In this document: positions 37,275-47,507 of the stretch, in pieces | How positions within the stretch are numbered: the stretch's first letter is position 1 | Layout of the letters: each line of letters opens with the position of its first letter | Assembly: GCA_011174795.1 (NCBI GenBank) | Contig: DUEY01000007.1 | Location: forward strand, 70 to 64,069 | Length of the DNA: 64,000 bases | Origin: Dehalococcoidia bacterium | Lineage (GTDB): Bacteria > Chloroflexota > Dehalococcoidia > SZUA-161 | Direction of reading: 5' to 3' | Notes under the pieces: generated by a model | Database searches by the model: none | What the model saw: only the letters and a program-made list of their open reading frames with translations | Told to the model about the DNA's origin: nothing | Made by a program: the position numbers and the translations under genes

Positions 37275-38687
37275 TCAAGAGACAGGGCGGGCCTCCACGC
37301 CCCGCCGCATTGCTTCAATAACATGCGATATCTTCTCTCTCTTGTCACGGCGTCTCATAGCCTCAGTGTTCCCGATGAGACACGCTGAGGACTCAAACAG
37401 GGTATCGATAATCTTAAGTTTGTGCTTGGCTATGGTCGAGCCGGTCTCGGTGTTCTCGATGAGGACGTCAGCATCCTCAGGCAAGAAGGCCTCGGTTGCC
37501 CCCCAGGTAGGGATAAGCTTATAGGGCACCAGATGGTTGTCAAGGGCGTATTTATCGGCTATGTTGACATATTCTGAAGCCAAGCGTAACGCGGAGTCTC
37601 TTCCTAGTCTTCTCAAATCCTTCGTGCTCGAAACCGGCAAATCCTGGCTGACCACAGCTACAATTCTTACCCAGCCAAAGCCGAGCTCAAGCACTTCCTC
37701 TACCGGGCTCGAGGGAAAGCGGAAGCGGTGATCCTGGAGCCAGTCCCTGCCGGTGATGGCCAGGTCGAAGCTACCATTGGCTACCTGAAGAGGCATGTCC
37801 TGGGGCCTGACAACCTTCACCGCAACGCCATCGAGGCCGATCCGGGGCCTTGTTGTCGGCCTGCCTACACTATAGCCCCTGATTCCAAGACCAGCCTTCT
37901 TGAGGAAACCGGCGGTGTGACGCTGCTGGTGACCATCGGGAAGCGCCAGATATATCCCAAACTCACCCTCTATCTGCCGCCTTGTTCCAGACCCAGCACC
38001 GATTTTCACAGCCTCCTCAACATCGGTAGCCACAACCTCCGCAGCAGATAGCGCCGATAGAATCCGGCTCAAGTCCTTACTCTCCAGGCTGTTCCTGTTC
38101 GCCACCAAGTATGCGCCGCCTCCAAGGATAGTAGCGACCGGAACGAGGCCCTGCTCCCGGAGTACGCTGGACGAGGCACCAGTCATTATCGCCAGTTCGG
38201 CATTCTCGGGGAGATACGCGCCGGCTGCTCCCCAAACGGGAAATATCTGGAATTTCCTCAGACGCTGCGTAAGGGCAAAGGACTCCGCCAGATTGGGGTA
38301 TTCAGTGACAATACGCAGACTCTCCGAACGGCTTTTCAGTTCCTGAAGCGAGCCAACCTCGGAAGAATCGGCGGCAACGGCGTAAAGATTCCGCTTCCCG
38401 TAGCCCAGGGCTTGAACCTTTACCACAGCATCGCTGTGGTATTTGACCAGCAGTTCCTCCACCCAGTCAAACCGGCATATACCCAGGTCGTAGTTCCCAA
38501 TAGCTACCTGGATGGCGATGTCCTTCTCGTGAAACACCTTTACGAAGAGACCAGGGGAGGCTTCGCACTGCGGCCGGTAGGAGCGCGACCCCTGGTCGTA
38601 ATCGCCGACGGCAAAGCCAGCTTCCTTCAGCAATACTGCCGTTCTATCCTGAAGCGGCCCTTTGGGCAAAGCAAGCTTTATTTGCAC
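37275..38687 (-). CDS. hisG: ATP phosphoribosyltransferase, tandem duplication of the short-form HisG catalytic fold (470 aa)
   Basis: The two halves (about aa 1-235 and 236-470) each follow the HisG-S pattern (LALPKG.., DL(G/A)I.G.DW, RI..EY.N.A, WGA..A.LPE.A). Only the C-terminal half keeps GATE and the PRPP loop TETGSTI. Confidence 0.8.
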   Translation of the reverse strand: MQIKLALPKGPLQDRTAVLLKEAGFAVGDYDQGSRSYRPQCEASPGLFVKVFHEKDIAIQVAIGNYDLGICRFDWVEELLVKYHSDAVVKVQALGYGKRNLYAVAADSSEVGSLQELKSRSESLRIVTEYPNLAESFALTQRLRKFQIFPVWGAAGAYLPENAELAIMTGASSSVLREQGLVPVATILGGGAYLVANRNSLESKDLSRILSALSAAEVVATDVEEAVKIGAGSGTRRQIEGEFGIYLALPDGHQQRHTAGFLKKAGLGIRGYSVGRPTTRPRIGLDGVAVKVVRPQDMPLQVANGSFDLAITGRDWLQDHRFRFPSSPVEEVLELGFGWVRIVAVVSQDLPVSSTKDLRRLGRDSALRLASEYVNIADKYALDNHLVPYKLIPTWGATEAFLPEDADVLIENTETGSTIAKHKLKIIDTLFESSACLIGNTEAMRRRDKREKISHVIEAMRRGVEARPVS

Positions 38688-39910
38688 CCCGCCTCCTTAA
38701 GGAGCTCCAGCACCTCGACAGGAGACGGCATACGCTGCTTCTTGCCGCTTGACTGGTCTATCAATTCGATCCCAGCCCCACTGCGCATATCGACTATCCA
38801 GCGAAAGTCAGAGGTCTCCTTGTAGCCCAGATCGAACTCTGCGATATAACCCGCTTCCCGTAAAAGCCGGGCTACTTCGAAAGAAGCTTTGAGCCCCTCA
38901 GCGTCCCTGGCCTTGACCAGAATCTTCTCCCGCTGCGGCGACTCCTTGAGCAGATCCGTCAGCTCGTCAACATAGAAGGCGAAGCCCGAGGCACGAACAC
39001 CCTTCCCTCCGACGAGATGGATCAACTCATCGTATCTACCACCCCCTCCCAGCCTGCGCCCCGAACTGTAGAACCCGAAGATTATGCCAGTATAGTATTC
39101 GAAGCCTTTCCCCGAGGTGAAATCAATCTGGTAGCTGTAGCCCAGATTGGTGAGCAAATCGGCAATCCTGGCCAGTTCACTAAGGCTGGACTCGAGGGCT
39201 GGCAGTGGAGCGGAAAAAACGTTCTTCAGGTTCTCCACAAAGCCGGGAGAGCTTCCCTTCAAGCCAAACAGCAGCTTCAACTGCTTCTCAACCTCTGGAT
39301 TTCCGCCCTTCACGTCATCCAGTACATCCATATTACCGGAGAATATCTTGTCCAGCACATCAGCCTCCTCCTCTCCACTTAACCCCAGTCCTTCGAGGAA
39401 AGTCTTCAGCAATCCGGCATGAGCCAGCCGGATCTCCACCGGCTCGATACCGAGCTCTGCCATAGCTTCCAGCGCCAGCGAGATAAGCTCAACATCACCT
39501 TCAGGCTTGCTGCCACCGATGAGCTCGGCTCCACATTGCCAGCGCTCCCGCGACTCCTTCCCTGTGCCCTCAAAGGCGAACATATTCTCCACATAGAAGA
39601 ACCTGACTATGGGCAGTTTCTGGAGGTTCTCCACATAGAGCCTGGCTGTAGGAATAGTTCCGTCGGGTCTCAATACCACCCGCTCACCGCTCCACCCGTC
39701 CCAGTCGAGAAAGGAGTAAACACGCCCCAGCATCTCCGGGGAGAGAGTTCCCGCAGAGGTGAAAAGGTGCAGGTATTCCAGTGTGGGAGTCTTGATCTCC
39801 TGATACCCCCACCCGAGACAGCAGTCTCTAAATCCCGCTTCTACACGGCGGAATTTCTCCATGTCCTGAGGCAGCAAATCACGTGTTCCCTTGCACCTCG
39901 GCACCTTCAT
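38678..39910 (-). CDS. hisZ: ATP phosphoribosyltransferase regulatory subunit (HisS paralogue)
   Basis: HisRS-like fold (GTRDLLP, LRPDGT, GGGGRYD), but the motif-2 FRYE arginine is replaced (FAFE). It overlaps the hisG start by 10 nt. A C-terminal anticodon-binding-like segment is retained. Confidence 0.7.
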   Translation of the reverse strand: MKVPRCKGTRDLLPQDMEKFRRVEAGFRDCCLGWGYQEIKTPTLEYLHLFTSAGTLSPEMLGRVYSFLDWDGWSGERVVLRPDGTIPTARLYVENLQKLPIVRFFYVENMFAFEGTGKESRERWQCGAELIGGSKPEGDVELISLALEAMAELGIEPVEIRLAHAGLLKTFLEGLGLSGEEEADVLDKIFSGNMDVLDDVKGGNPEVEKQLKLLFGLKGSSPGFVENLKNVFSAPLPALESSLSELARIADLLTNLGYSYQIDFTSGKGFEYYTGIIFGFYSSGRRLGGGGRYDELIHLVGGKGVRASGFAFYVDELTDLLKESPQREKILVKARDAEGLKASFEVARLLREAGYIAEFDLGYKETSDFRWIVDMRSGAGIELIDQSSGKKQRMPSPVEVLELLKEAGCK

Positions 39911-39942
39911 CCCCGTAACTCCCCTAGAATTAATTATGCACT

Positions 39943-39971
39943 ATTCTACACTGATTGATGATGCTGTTCAA
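39943..39971 (-). promoter_or_regulatory. Sigma70-type promoter of the his operon
   Basis: On the minus strand: TTGAAC, a 17-bp spacer, then TAGAAT, about 30 nt upstream of the hisZ ATG. Confidence 0.5.
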
Positions 39972-40024
39972 CGCTGTACACGTTTGCCTGCGCCTGCCCG
40001 TAAAACGGGGCTGGTTGCTGCTCC

Positions 40025-40056
40025 CTGACTGCTGAAAGCTGACGGCTGAAGGCTGT
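40025..40056. repeat. Five tandem 7-bp units CTGAnnn
   Basis: CTGACTG CTGAAAG CTGACGG CTGAAGG CTGTTAG with exact 7-bp phasing, at the 3' end of the antiporter gene. Confidence 0.5.
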
Positions 40057-41750
40057 TAGACCTTCTCCTCCCTGAGGGTATTGACGATGTACTGAATCTC
40101 CTGCATGGTCAAGCCAAAGCGGTGCAGGGTATGGCGAATGATCTCCAGGCCGGCCTCCAGCTCCGGGCGCACCATCTCGGCGACCCCGAGCTTCCGCAGA
40201 GCCTCAGAATCCTCATCACGCTGAACTCGAGCCACCACATCGATCCGGGGATTGATACGGCGGGCGTTCGCCACCGCCAGCTTGGCTGCTATCGGGTCAG
40301 GGAAGGTAATTACCAGAACTTTGGCCCGCTCCAGCTCCGCACGAGCCAGAATCTCAGGATTGCTCGCATCCCCGTAGATATGAGGAATGCCCCTCTCATG
40401 GGCGGAATCGATAACCCTCGGGTCGAGGTCGATGATAAGGTAGGAGAAGCCCCTCCGCTCAAGCACCGTCCCCAGATTCTGCGCTACCCTGCCATAGCCG
40501 CAAATCACCGCATGGTTTACCAGCTGTTTTCTTTCATCCAATACTTCGGGATCGAGCCCGGAGGCAAAGAGCCTGGCGCCTCGCTCAGTCTGGATGAACC
40601 GGTGATAGAGCGCCGAGGTCAATCCCATACCGAACGGCGTGAGCAACATCGTGATAAGTGCAGCAGCCAGGGTCAGGGAATAGAGGTCTCGAGAGATGAT
40701 CTCCAGCTCGAGAGCGAGGGCAGCGAGGACGAAGCTGAACTCCCCTATCTGGAAAAGACCGCTTCCTACGAACAGGGCGGTTTTCGCGCTGTAACCGAAG
40801 AGCCTTGCGACTAAACCCGCTATCACGAACTTGCCCAGCACAATCGCCACGACAACGGCAGCGACTTCCCCGGGGTTTTCCGCGATGAAGCTGAGGTCTG
40901 CCAGCATTCCCAGTGAGACGAAGAAAAGGATGGCGAATATGTCCCGCAGGGGCCTGATGTCGGCCAGAGCCTGATGGGCATATTCAGATTCACTGACCAG
41001 CAGCCCCGCTATGAAGGCGCCCAGTGCTGCCGACAGTCCAAAGTGATAAGCCCCGAAGGCTGCGCCGAGGCAAAGGCACACCACCGTGAGCAGGAAAAGC
41101 TCACGGGAGCGCCCTCCAGCTACCCTGCGCATAAACCAGGGAAGCACCCAAACGCCTATGGCGAATATCGCCCCAAGAAAAAGGATGGCTTGTAATACAG
41201 CCCACCCGAGGGATATCCAGAGGTCGAAACCGACCTCATCCAGCGAAGGAAGGATGACCATCATAGGTACGACGCTGATGTCCTGTACCAGGAGAATGCC
41301 GATCATCACTCGACCATGGGGACTTCCCAGCTCCCCGCGCTCCATGAGGGTCTTGAGTACGATAATGGTGCTGCTGAGGGCGATGAAGAAACCGAACAGG
41401 ACCGACCCCCGAAGCGACCAATCGAGGAGTTGTCCCACCATCAGCCCCAGCGCCGCTGTTACTACTATCTGAGCAGTACCTCCGAATACTGCTACCTTGC
41501 CTATCCGCCTCAGTGTTGTAAAGGAGAATTCCAGGCCCAGGGTGAACATTAAAAGCACTACACCTATCTCGGCCAGTGTTTCAACGTCACCAACTTCGCT
41601 AATTAGTTTTAGCCCGTAAGGCCCGATGAGCACCCCGCTGAGGAGATAACCGAGGATGACAGGCAGCTTCATAATGCGCGCCGCCATACCCCCGATAAGG
41701 GCGACCCCGAGAACGATCGCCATGCTCGTCAGCAGACCGGGCTCTTCCAT
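40056..41750 (-). CDS. Cation:proton antiporter (CPA2/Kef-type) with a C-terminal TrkA-N/RCK domain
   Basis: About 12 TM segments followed by the Rossmann-type VICGYGRVAQNLGTVLE RCK domain. Confidence 0.85.
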   Translation of the reverse strand: MEEPGLLTSMAIVLGVALIGGMAARIMKLPVILGYLLSGVLIGPYGLKLISEVGDVETLAEIGVVLLMFTLGLEFSFTTLRRIGKVAVFGGTAQIVVTAALGLMVGQLLDWSLRGSVLFGFFIALSSTIIVLKTLMERGELGSPHGRVMIGILLVQDISVVPMMVILPSLDEVGFDLWISLGWAVLQAILFLGAIFAIGVWVLPWFMRRVAGGRSRELFLLTVVCLCLGAAFGAYHFGLSAALGAFIAGLLVSESEYAHQALADIRPLRDIFAILFFVSLGMLADLSFIAENPGEVAAVVVAIVLGKFVIAGLVARLFGYSAKTALFVGSGLFQIGEFSFVLAALALELEIISRDLYSLTLAAALITMLLTPFGMGLTSALYHRFIQTERGARLFASGLDPEVLDERKQLVNHAVICGYGRVAQNLGTVLERRGFSYLIIDLDPRVIDSAHERGIPHIYGDASNPEILARAELERAKVLVITFPDPIAAKLAVANARRINPRIDVVARVQRDEDSEALRKLGVAEMVRPELEAGLEIIRHTLHRFGLTMQEIQYIVNTLREEKV

Positions 41751-41843
41751 CCTTATCCTTCCCAGGCTAGGTGATTTATCAGACGTGTATTCATGTAGGG
41801 ATTATACATGCTCAAAGCATGATAAGTACAGGTCAGTAATCAG

Positions 41844-41871
41844 ATAGGGGCACAGCGAACCGTGCCCCTAT
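41844..41871. repeat. REP-like palindrome (ATAGGGGCAC-N8-GTGCCCCTAT)
   Basis: Perfect 10-bp stem, downstream of recJ. Member of the GGGGCGC family. Confidence 0.65.
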
Positions 41872-41968
41872 CCCCTCAAGACATAGGAATTCCTGTCAAA
41901 CTCCCGTTACTACTACTGCCAGAGACCTCGCTCAGCCTCCTTCGCCTCCTCGTCGAGCGGAACCGTTA

Positions 41969-43669
41969 TCAAGACGAAGTGACGAAGTCGATAATGTTGA
42001 GCCGCAGCAGTTGCTTTCCGCCCCAGTACTCTTTTTGCAGGTTATAAACGATGTCAAGATAGAGGGATGTCTCCCGGTCGCCGAGGTTGAAGGCGATAGC
42101 ATCCCAGATAGCCCTGCCGTCGCGCAGCTTGAGCTTTAGATGACTCCCCTCTTCACCGACTCTACGCGCTTCCACCACCTTCACATTCCGGCTGAGAAAA
42201 GTCGGAACCTGATTAGCCTGCCCGAACGGCGCCAGCTTGCCAATGAGTTTATAGGTTTCTCCACTCAACGTAGAAAAGGGAACCTCAGCATCTATCGTTA
42301 TCATAGGACGAAGGTCAACCCCTTCCAGTTCCCGGTATGCAATCTCCAGAAGCATCCTGTTGAGCTGTTCTAAATTGGCGCTGGGCACAAGGAAGCCCGC
42401 TGCCTGACGATGACCACCGAATCGAGTAAGCAAATCCTGGCACTCAGCCAGGGCAGCCACTATATCGAACTCGGGGATACTGCGAGCGCTGCCCCTGACC
42501 GTCTCCTCGCCCAACTGGAGCACAATAGCCGGCCGGTAAAACTCATCTGCCAGCTTGCCGGCGACTATACCCGTTATCCCGGCGGGGTAATCGGGGCCGC
42601 CAACCATGAGCACAGGCAGTTCAATTCCCTTGGCAAGCAATTCATCCTTCGCCCGGTCGAGAAACTCGCTGGTCAGCCTCTGGCGCTCGCTGTTATTAGC
42701 TTCGAGTGCAGCGGCAAGCCTGCGTGCCTGATCCCGTGAAGATGCGGTCAGCAACTCATAGCTGGTAACGGCGTGCTCCATTCTTCCGCTGGCATTAAGC
42801 CTGGGGCCCAGCGCATACGAGACGTTATCTTCGTCGAGTCTGCCCATCTCCAGACCGGCACAGGTAATCAGTTCCTGCAAGCCAACCCTCTGAGTCTGGT
42901 TAAGAACCTCAAGACCGCGTTTGACCAGATACCGGTTCTCTCCCTGCAGGGGGGACATGTCGGCAATGGTCCCCAGCGCAACCAGGTCGAGGAAGTCATC
43001 CTCCTCCCCATCCCTATGGGTCGCCCCCCAGAGCGCCTGAATAAGCTTAAACGCAACGCCCACCCCCGCCAGCTCGAAAAAGGGATATTTCGAGTCGGGA
43101 CGTTTGGGGTTGATAGCCGCCACAGCGGGAGGAGGAAGTTCAGGAGCCACATGATGGTCGGTGATAATAATGTCCAGCCCTAGCTTTTGCCCCTGCTCCA
43201 CCTCGGAGGTTTCACTGATGCCACAATCTACGGTCACCACCAGGCTGACCCCCTGCTCTTTCAGGCTCTTCAGGGCAGACTGGTTCAGCCCATGCCCTTC
43301 GCCGACACGGTGAGGGATGTAGTAAACAGCCCTCCCCCCCATCCGCGAGACCGCTTCCACCATGAGAACAGTGGCAGTGATGCCATCGGCATCGAAGTCG
43401 CCATATATAGCGATAAGTTCATCCCCGAGCAGTGCTCGCAGGAGCCTGGTTACCGCCTTATCGATATCCTGGAGAAGACGGGAATCATGTGTCAGCCGCT
43501 CGTCGGCGGTGAGAAAAGGCTCGAACTCAGCGGGGTCTTCGATGCCGCGGTTATGCAGCAATTGAACAAGCAGGGGTGATAGAGCCGGCGGGAGGAATTT
43601 ACCTCCGAGGCGCTGTTCCAGCACTTCATCGGGAAGCTGAGGGCATAGTTGCCATCTTTTACGGTTCAC
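41969..43669 (-). CDS. recJ: Single-stranded-DNA-specific exonuclease RecJ
   Basis: DHH-family motifs (IYGDFDADG, TVDCGI, IITDHH) and a DHHA1 region. Confidence 0.9.
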   Translation of the reverse strand: MNRKRWQLCPQLPDEVLEQRLGGKFLPPALSPLLVQLLHNRGIEDPAEFEPFLTADERLTHDSRLLQDIDKAVTRLLRALLGDELIAIYGDFDADGITATVLMVEAVSRMGGRAVYYIPHRVGEGHGLNQSALKSLKEQGVSLVVTVDCGISETSEVEQGQKLGLDIIITDHHVAPELPPPAVAAINPKRPDSKYPFFELAGVGVAFKLIQALWGATHRDGEEDDFLDLVALGTIADMSPLQGENRYLVKRGLEVLNQTQRVGLQELITCAGLEMGRLDEDNVSYALGPRLNASGRMEHAVTSYELLTASSRDQARRLAAALEANNSERQRLTSEFLDRAKDELLAKGIELPVLMVGGPDYPAGITGIVAGKLADEFYRPAIVLQLGEETVRGSARSIPEFDIVAALAECQDLLTRFGGHRQAAGFLVPSANLEQLNRMLLEIAYRELEGVDLRPMITIDAEVPFSTLSGETYKLIGKLAPFGQANQVPTFLSRNVKVVEARRVGEEGSHLKLKLRDGRAIWDAIAFNLGDRETSLYLDIVYNLQKEYWGGKQLLRLNIIDFVTSS

Positions 43670-43784
43670 GCGCTATTCCTTAAAGGTAATTGGCAGGGTA
43701 AGGCAAGTAAATTAACATAAAAGTGTACACCCCTTTCGGTCAGCGGTCAATCTTCGCACCATGCACCGCGAAACCTCCGCAAAT

Positions 43785-43813
43785 AAATAAGGCGGGTGAT
43801 TCCCGCCTTATTT
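43785..43813 (-). terminator. Rho-independent terminator of dnaK
   Basis: AAATAAGGCGGG / CCCGCCTTATTT 12-bp stem with a 5-nt loop and a T-rich tail on the minus strand, 30 nt after the dnaK stop. Confidence 0.75.
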
Positions 43814-43843
43814 GCCTTGATAAGAGGCAGCGCAGCAACCTCA

Positions 43844-45757
43844 TTACACCTCCCTGAACTCCCCCTCGACAGTGCCTTCGTCGCCCTTGCCTTCCTCACC
43901 GCCTTCTTCCCCACCTGCTCCCTCGCCGCCGGGAGGTGGAGGTGCGCCTGCCTGCTGGTAGACGGCTGTGCCTACCTTCTGCATCGCTTCAGACAGCTCC
44001 TGTGCAACGCGATTGATCTGCTCGATGTCGCTCCCCTGCAGGGCCGACTTCAATGCTTCTACCTTGCTTTCGACTTCCTGTTTCAGGTCACCGGGCACCT
44101 TATCACCCTGCTCCCTGAGCATCCTCTCCGCATTATACGCCAGGTTATCAGCCAGATTTCGAGTCTCGATTTCCTCACGCTTCTTGCTGTCCTCAGCGGC
44201 ATGCTCCTCAGCCTCATGCTGTAACTTCTCGACCTCTTCCTTGCTCAGACCGCTGGACGCGGTAATGGTTATCTTCTGTTCCCTGCCCGTACCCTTATCG
44301 TGCGCCTTGACGCTGAGGATGCCGTTGGCATCGATGTCGAACGTAACCTCGATCTGAGGAACCCCCCGCGGTGCGGGAAGAATGCCGTCAAGCATGAAGC
44401 GTCCCAGCGTCCTGTTATCAGCCGCCATAGGTCGCTCCCCTTGAAGCACATGAATCTCGACGCTGGGCTGGTTATCCGCAGCCGTGCTGAATATCTGGCT
44501 CTTCGATGTCGGAATGGTGGTATTGCGAGGGATGAGCGGGGTCATCACTCCACCCAGGGTCTCGATGCCCAGCGTAAGCGGCGTGATATCAAGGAGCAGA
44601 ACATCCCTGACATCCCCCTTGAGCACCCCCGCCTGAATCGCAGCGCCAACGCCGACAACCTCATCGGGGTTGACACCCTTGTGCGGCTCTTTGCCGAAAA
44701 GCTCCTTGACCTTCTGCTGCACAGCCGGCATCCTGGTCTGGCCGCCGACGAGGATAACCTCATCGATTTGGTTGGCGCTTATGCCGGCATCAGCAAGCGC
44801 CTGCTTGCATGGCTCGACGGTCTTTTCTATCAGGTCCGTGGTCAACTGTTCCAGCTTCGCCCTGGTGAGCGTAATGTTCATGTGCTTGGGTCCCGAGGCG
44901 TCAGCGGTGACAAAGGGAAGGTTTATATCGGTCTGTGCCACGGTGGAAAGTTCGCACTTCGCCTTCTCCGCAGCCTCCTTCAGCCGCTGAAGCGCCATCC
45001 TGTCCTGACGCAGGTCTATTCCCTGATCCCGCTTGAACTCATCGCAAAGCCAGTCTATAACGCGCTGGTCGAAATCATCGCCTCCCAAGTGGGTATCGCC
45101 GTTGGTAGACTTTACCTGAAAGGTCCCCTCGCCCAGCTCCAGTATCGAGATATCGAATGTTCCGCCGCCGAGGTCATAGACAGCGATAGTCTCGTCCTTT
45201 TTCTTGTCGAGACCGTATGCCAGGGAAGCAGCGGTGGGTTCGTTGACGATGCGCAGCACCTCGAGTCCCGCGATCTTCCCCGCGTCCTTCGTCGCCTGCC
45301 GCTGGCTGTCGCTAAAATAGGCAGGGACAGTAATCACCGCCTCGGTCACTTTCTCACCGAGATAAGCCTCGGCATCAGCCTTCAATTTTTGCAGAATCAT
45401 CGCCGAGATCTCAGGCGGGCTATATTCTTTGTCGCCCATCTTGACCTTGACGTCACCGTTCGGTGCCTCGGTCAGTTTAAATGGCACCAGCTTCTTATCA
45501 CCTTGTACCGTCTCCTCATTGAACTTGCGCCCCATAAACCGCTTGATGCTGAAGATGGTGTTCTCCGGGTTGGTAACCGCCTGCCGCTTGGCAACCTGCC
45601 CCACCAGCCGCTCCCCGCCCTTACTTACCGCCACCACCGAGGGGACCACACGTCCCCCCTCCTGGCTGGTGATTACCACCGGCTCACCTGCTTCCATAAT
45701 GGCGACGCAGCTGTTTGTTGTACCCAGGTCTATACCGATTACTTTACCCATATCCAA
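43844..45757 (-). CDS. dnaK: Molecular chaperone DnaK (Hsp70)
   Basis: [20 protein letters not shown] and a full-length Hsp70 pattern. Confidence 0.95.
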   Translation of the reverse strand: MDMGKVIGIDLGTTNSCVAIMEAGEPVVITSQEGGRVVPSVVAVSKGGERLVGQVAKRQAVTNPENTIFSIKRFMGRKFNEETVQGDKKLVPFKLTEAPNGDVKVKMGDKEYSPPEISAMILQKLKADAEAYLGEKVTEAVITVPAYFSDSQRQATKDAGKIAGLEVLRIVNEPTAASLAYGLDKKKDETIAVYDLGGGTFDISILELGEGTFQVKSTNGDTHLGGDDFDQRVIDWLCDEFKRDQGIDLRQDRMALQRLKEAAEKAKCELSTVAQTDINLPFVTADASGPKHMNITLTRAKLEQLTTDLIEKTVEPCKQALADAGISANQIDEVILVGGQTRMPAVQQKVKELFGKEPHKGVNPDEVVGVGAAIQAGVLKGDVRDVLLLDITPLTLGIETLGGVMTPLIPRNTTIPTSKSQIFSTAADNQPSVEIHVLQGERPMAADNRTLGRFMLDGILPAPRGVPQIEVTFDIDANGILSVKAHDKGTGREQKITITASSGLSKEEVEKLQHEAEEHAAEDSKKREEIETRNLADNLAYNAERMLREQGDKVPGDLKQEVESKVEALKSALQGSDIEQINRVAQELSEAMQKVGTAVYQQAGAPPPPGGEGAGGEEGGEEGKGDEGTVEGEFREV

Positions 45758-45798
45758 CCTCCGTCGGGTTATATTAATCTATCACCGGCCCTGAAAAA

Positions 45799-46350
45799 TC
45801 AGGCGCTTTCCTCCTCTTTGCCTACCTTGACCATGGAGGGGCGGAGCAAACGGTCGCGAAACTTGTAGCCCTTCTGTATCTCTTCGCAGACCTTCCCCTC
45901 CTCACCCTCCACACACATCACCGCCTCGTGGATATTGGGGTCGAATTCCTCGCCCTCCGCTACAATCTCCGCAAGCCCCCGCTCCTCGAGAACTGCTTTG
46001 AGCTTACGATAGATAAGTTTGATACCCTCAACCCAGGTGGGCCCATCGAAATCCCGGGAAACGTTTCCCAGAGCCCTCTCCAGGTCATCCAGAACAGGCA
46101 GCAGCTCCTTGATAAGAGCAGCACTGGCAATCTCCGCCGTCTCAGCCCTCTCCTGCTCGCTACGCTTCTTGTAGTTTATGAAGTCTGCCTCCGCTCGCTG
46201 CCAGTTAGCCAGGTATTTCGCCGCCTTCTCTTTCTCCTCCTTGAGCTCCTCCTTGAGCGATTCCATATCACCAAACGCCTCTATCTCTTCATCCTCTTTC
46301 GGCTCAACAGCTTCCTCGTCGGGCGTTAATTTCTTCTCTTTATTGTCCAA
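45799..46350 (-). CDS. grpE: Nucleotide exchange factor GrpE
   Basis: Acidic N-terminus, then a coiled coil, then the GrpE C-terminal beta domain (HEAV...GYKFRDRLLRPSMV). Located between hrcA and dnaK. Confidence 0.9.
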   Translation of the reverse strand: MDNKEKKLTPDEEAVEPKEDEEIEAFGDMESLKEELKEEKEKAAKYLANWQRAEADFINYKKRSEQERAETAEIASAALIKELLPVLDDLERALGNVSRDFDGPTWVEGIKLIYRKLKAVLEERGLAEIVAEGEEFDPNIHEAVMCVEGEEGKVCEEIQKGYKFRDRLLRPSMVKVGKEEESA

Positions 46351-46406
46351 ACAATATCACCCCTCTCAAATCAATGAATAGCGCCAAGAAGCAACGACCC
46401 TAACAC

Positions 46407-47420
46407 CTACCCGTACAGCTCTTCCACCATCTCGCTCATGACCGAGGACAAGAAGCCGACTGTTGGTATGGCGCGACTGTACTGCATCCGGGTTGGACCC
46501 ACCACGCCGATAGCCCCGCCAACCTCCCCGGGGATGCCATACTTGGTCATAATCATGCTACAGCTACGCATCGCGTCCTGCTTGTGCTCCCTGCCGATGA
46601 TAACCTTTATCCCCTCCCCAGTCAGCACCTGGGGCAGGAATGACCGGAGCAGGCTTCTCTGCTCAAACAACTCAACAATCGGCACCAATCTGCCGCTCGA
46701 TGCAAACTCGGGCTGGCTGAGTATATGGCGCAGGCCATCAATATAGGGCTCCTCGTAAGCCTCTCCCTCCTCCGCCTGTATTATATGCACCACCGTTCTT
46801 AATACCAGCTCCTCCAGAGGGTAAAGGTCCAGGTGCCTGGCAGATATCTGTGAGCCGCTCAGCCCCGCACAGGCAGCGTTGATTCTCCGGGCAGCGGCAC
46901 TGAGTTCCTCCTGGGAAGCAGCCTCGTCCAATGTCAGCACCTGCTGCTTGAGCTTAGCTTCCTTTAACACTAAAACGAGCAAAGCCAGGAACTCGTGGAG
47001 GGAGATGAGCTCCAGATGCTTGAGACGGTACTCACAAGGCTTGGGGAGGGTAACAACTGCCACACTGCGCACCATGCGGGATAATATAGCAGCAGCAAGA
47101 CGGATCCATTCCTCTACTACCCCCTCTACCTGATGAAACTGGTGCCGTATCATGCGCTGCTCCACCAGAGAAAGTTGAATATCGCCCACCATCGAGTCTA
47201 TATAGTGGCGATATCCTTTGTCCGAAGGTACACGCCCCGCCGAGGTGTGCGGTTGAGTCAGATACCCCTCTTCCTCAAGCTCGACCATCTCGTTGCGTAT
47301 AGTAGCAGGGCTCACCCCCATTCCCCTATTTGCTACGGCCTCCGAACTGACCGGCAGACCGGTTGAGATATACTCACTGACAACAATATTGAGAATATCC
47401 CCTCTTCTCTTTGTAATCAT
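46407..47420 (-). CDS. hrcA: Heat-inducible transcription repressor HrcA
   Basis: N-terminal winged helix (PVSSEAVA...SPATIRNEM.ELEE.GYL.QPHTSAGRVP). A CIRCE operator lies upstream. Confidence 0.9.
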   Translation of the reverse strand: MITKRRGDILNIVVSEYISTGLPVSSEAVANRGMGVSPATIRNEMVELEEEGYLTQPHTSAGRVPSDKGYRHYIDSMVGDIQLSLVEQRMIRHQFHQVEGVVEEWIRLAAAILSRMVRSVAVVTLPKPCEYRLKHLELISLHEFLALLVLVLKEAKLKQQVLTLDEAASQEELSAAARRINAACAGLSGSQISARHLDLYPLEELVLRTVVHIIQAEEGEAYEEPYIDGLRHILSQPEFASSGRLVPIVELFEQRSLLRSFLPQVLTGEGIKVIIGREHKQDAMRSCSMIMTKYGIPGEVGGAIGVVGPTRMQYSRAIPTVGFLSSVMSEMVEELYG

Positions 47421-47435
47421 CTCTGTTGCACCAGA

Positions 47436-47462
47436 TTAGCACTCTTAAGCCGAGAGTGCTAA
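47436..47462. promoter_or_regulatory. CIRCE operator (HrcA binding site)
   Basis: TTAGCACTC-N9-GAGTGCTAA is a perfect match to the CIRCE consensus, 16 nt upstream of the hrcA start. Confidence 0.95.
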
Positions 47463-47472
47463 TCCCTCATTA

Positions 47473-47502
47473 ACTCTATCACTTCACGCTCAATTTTGTC
47501 AA
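47473..47502 (-). promoter_or_regulatory. Probable hrcA-grpE-dnaK promoter
   Basis: On the minus strand: TTGACA, an 18-bp spacer, then TAGAGT, immediately upstream of CIRCE. Confidence 0.45.
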
Positions 47503-47507
47503 GACAT

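Noticed and set aside
38678-39910. Calling this ORF histidyl-tRNA synthetase (hisS).
   Set aside because: The motif-2 arginine context FRYE is replaced by FAFE, and the gene overlaps hisG at the head of the his operon. HisZ is the better call, although it keeps a HisRS-length C-terminal domain.
44300-45868. A 522-aa ORF on the plus strand, antisense to dnaK.
   Set aside because: Long antisense ORFs opposite hsp70 genes are a known codon-bias artefact. The translation is low-complexity (Arg/Leu/Gly-rich), and there is no RBS or promoter. dnaK on the minus strand is unambiguous.
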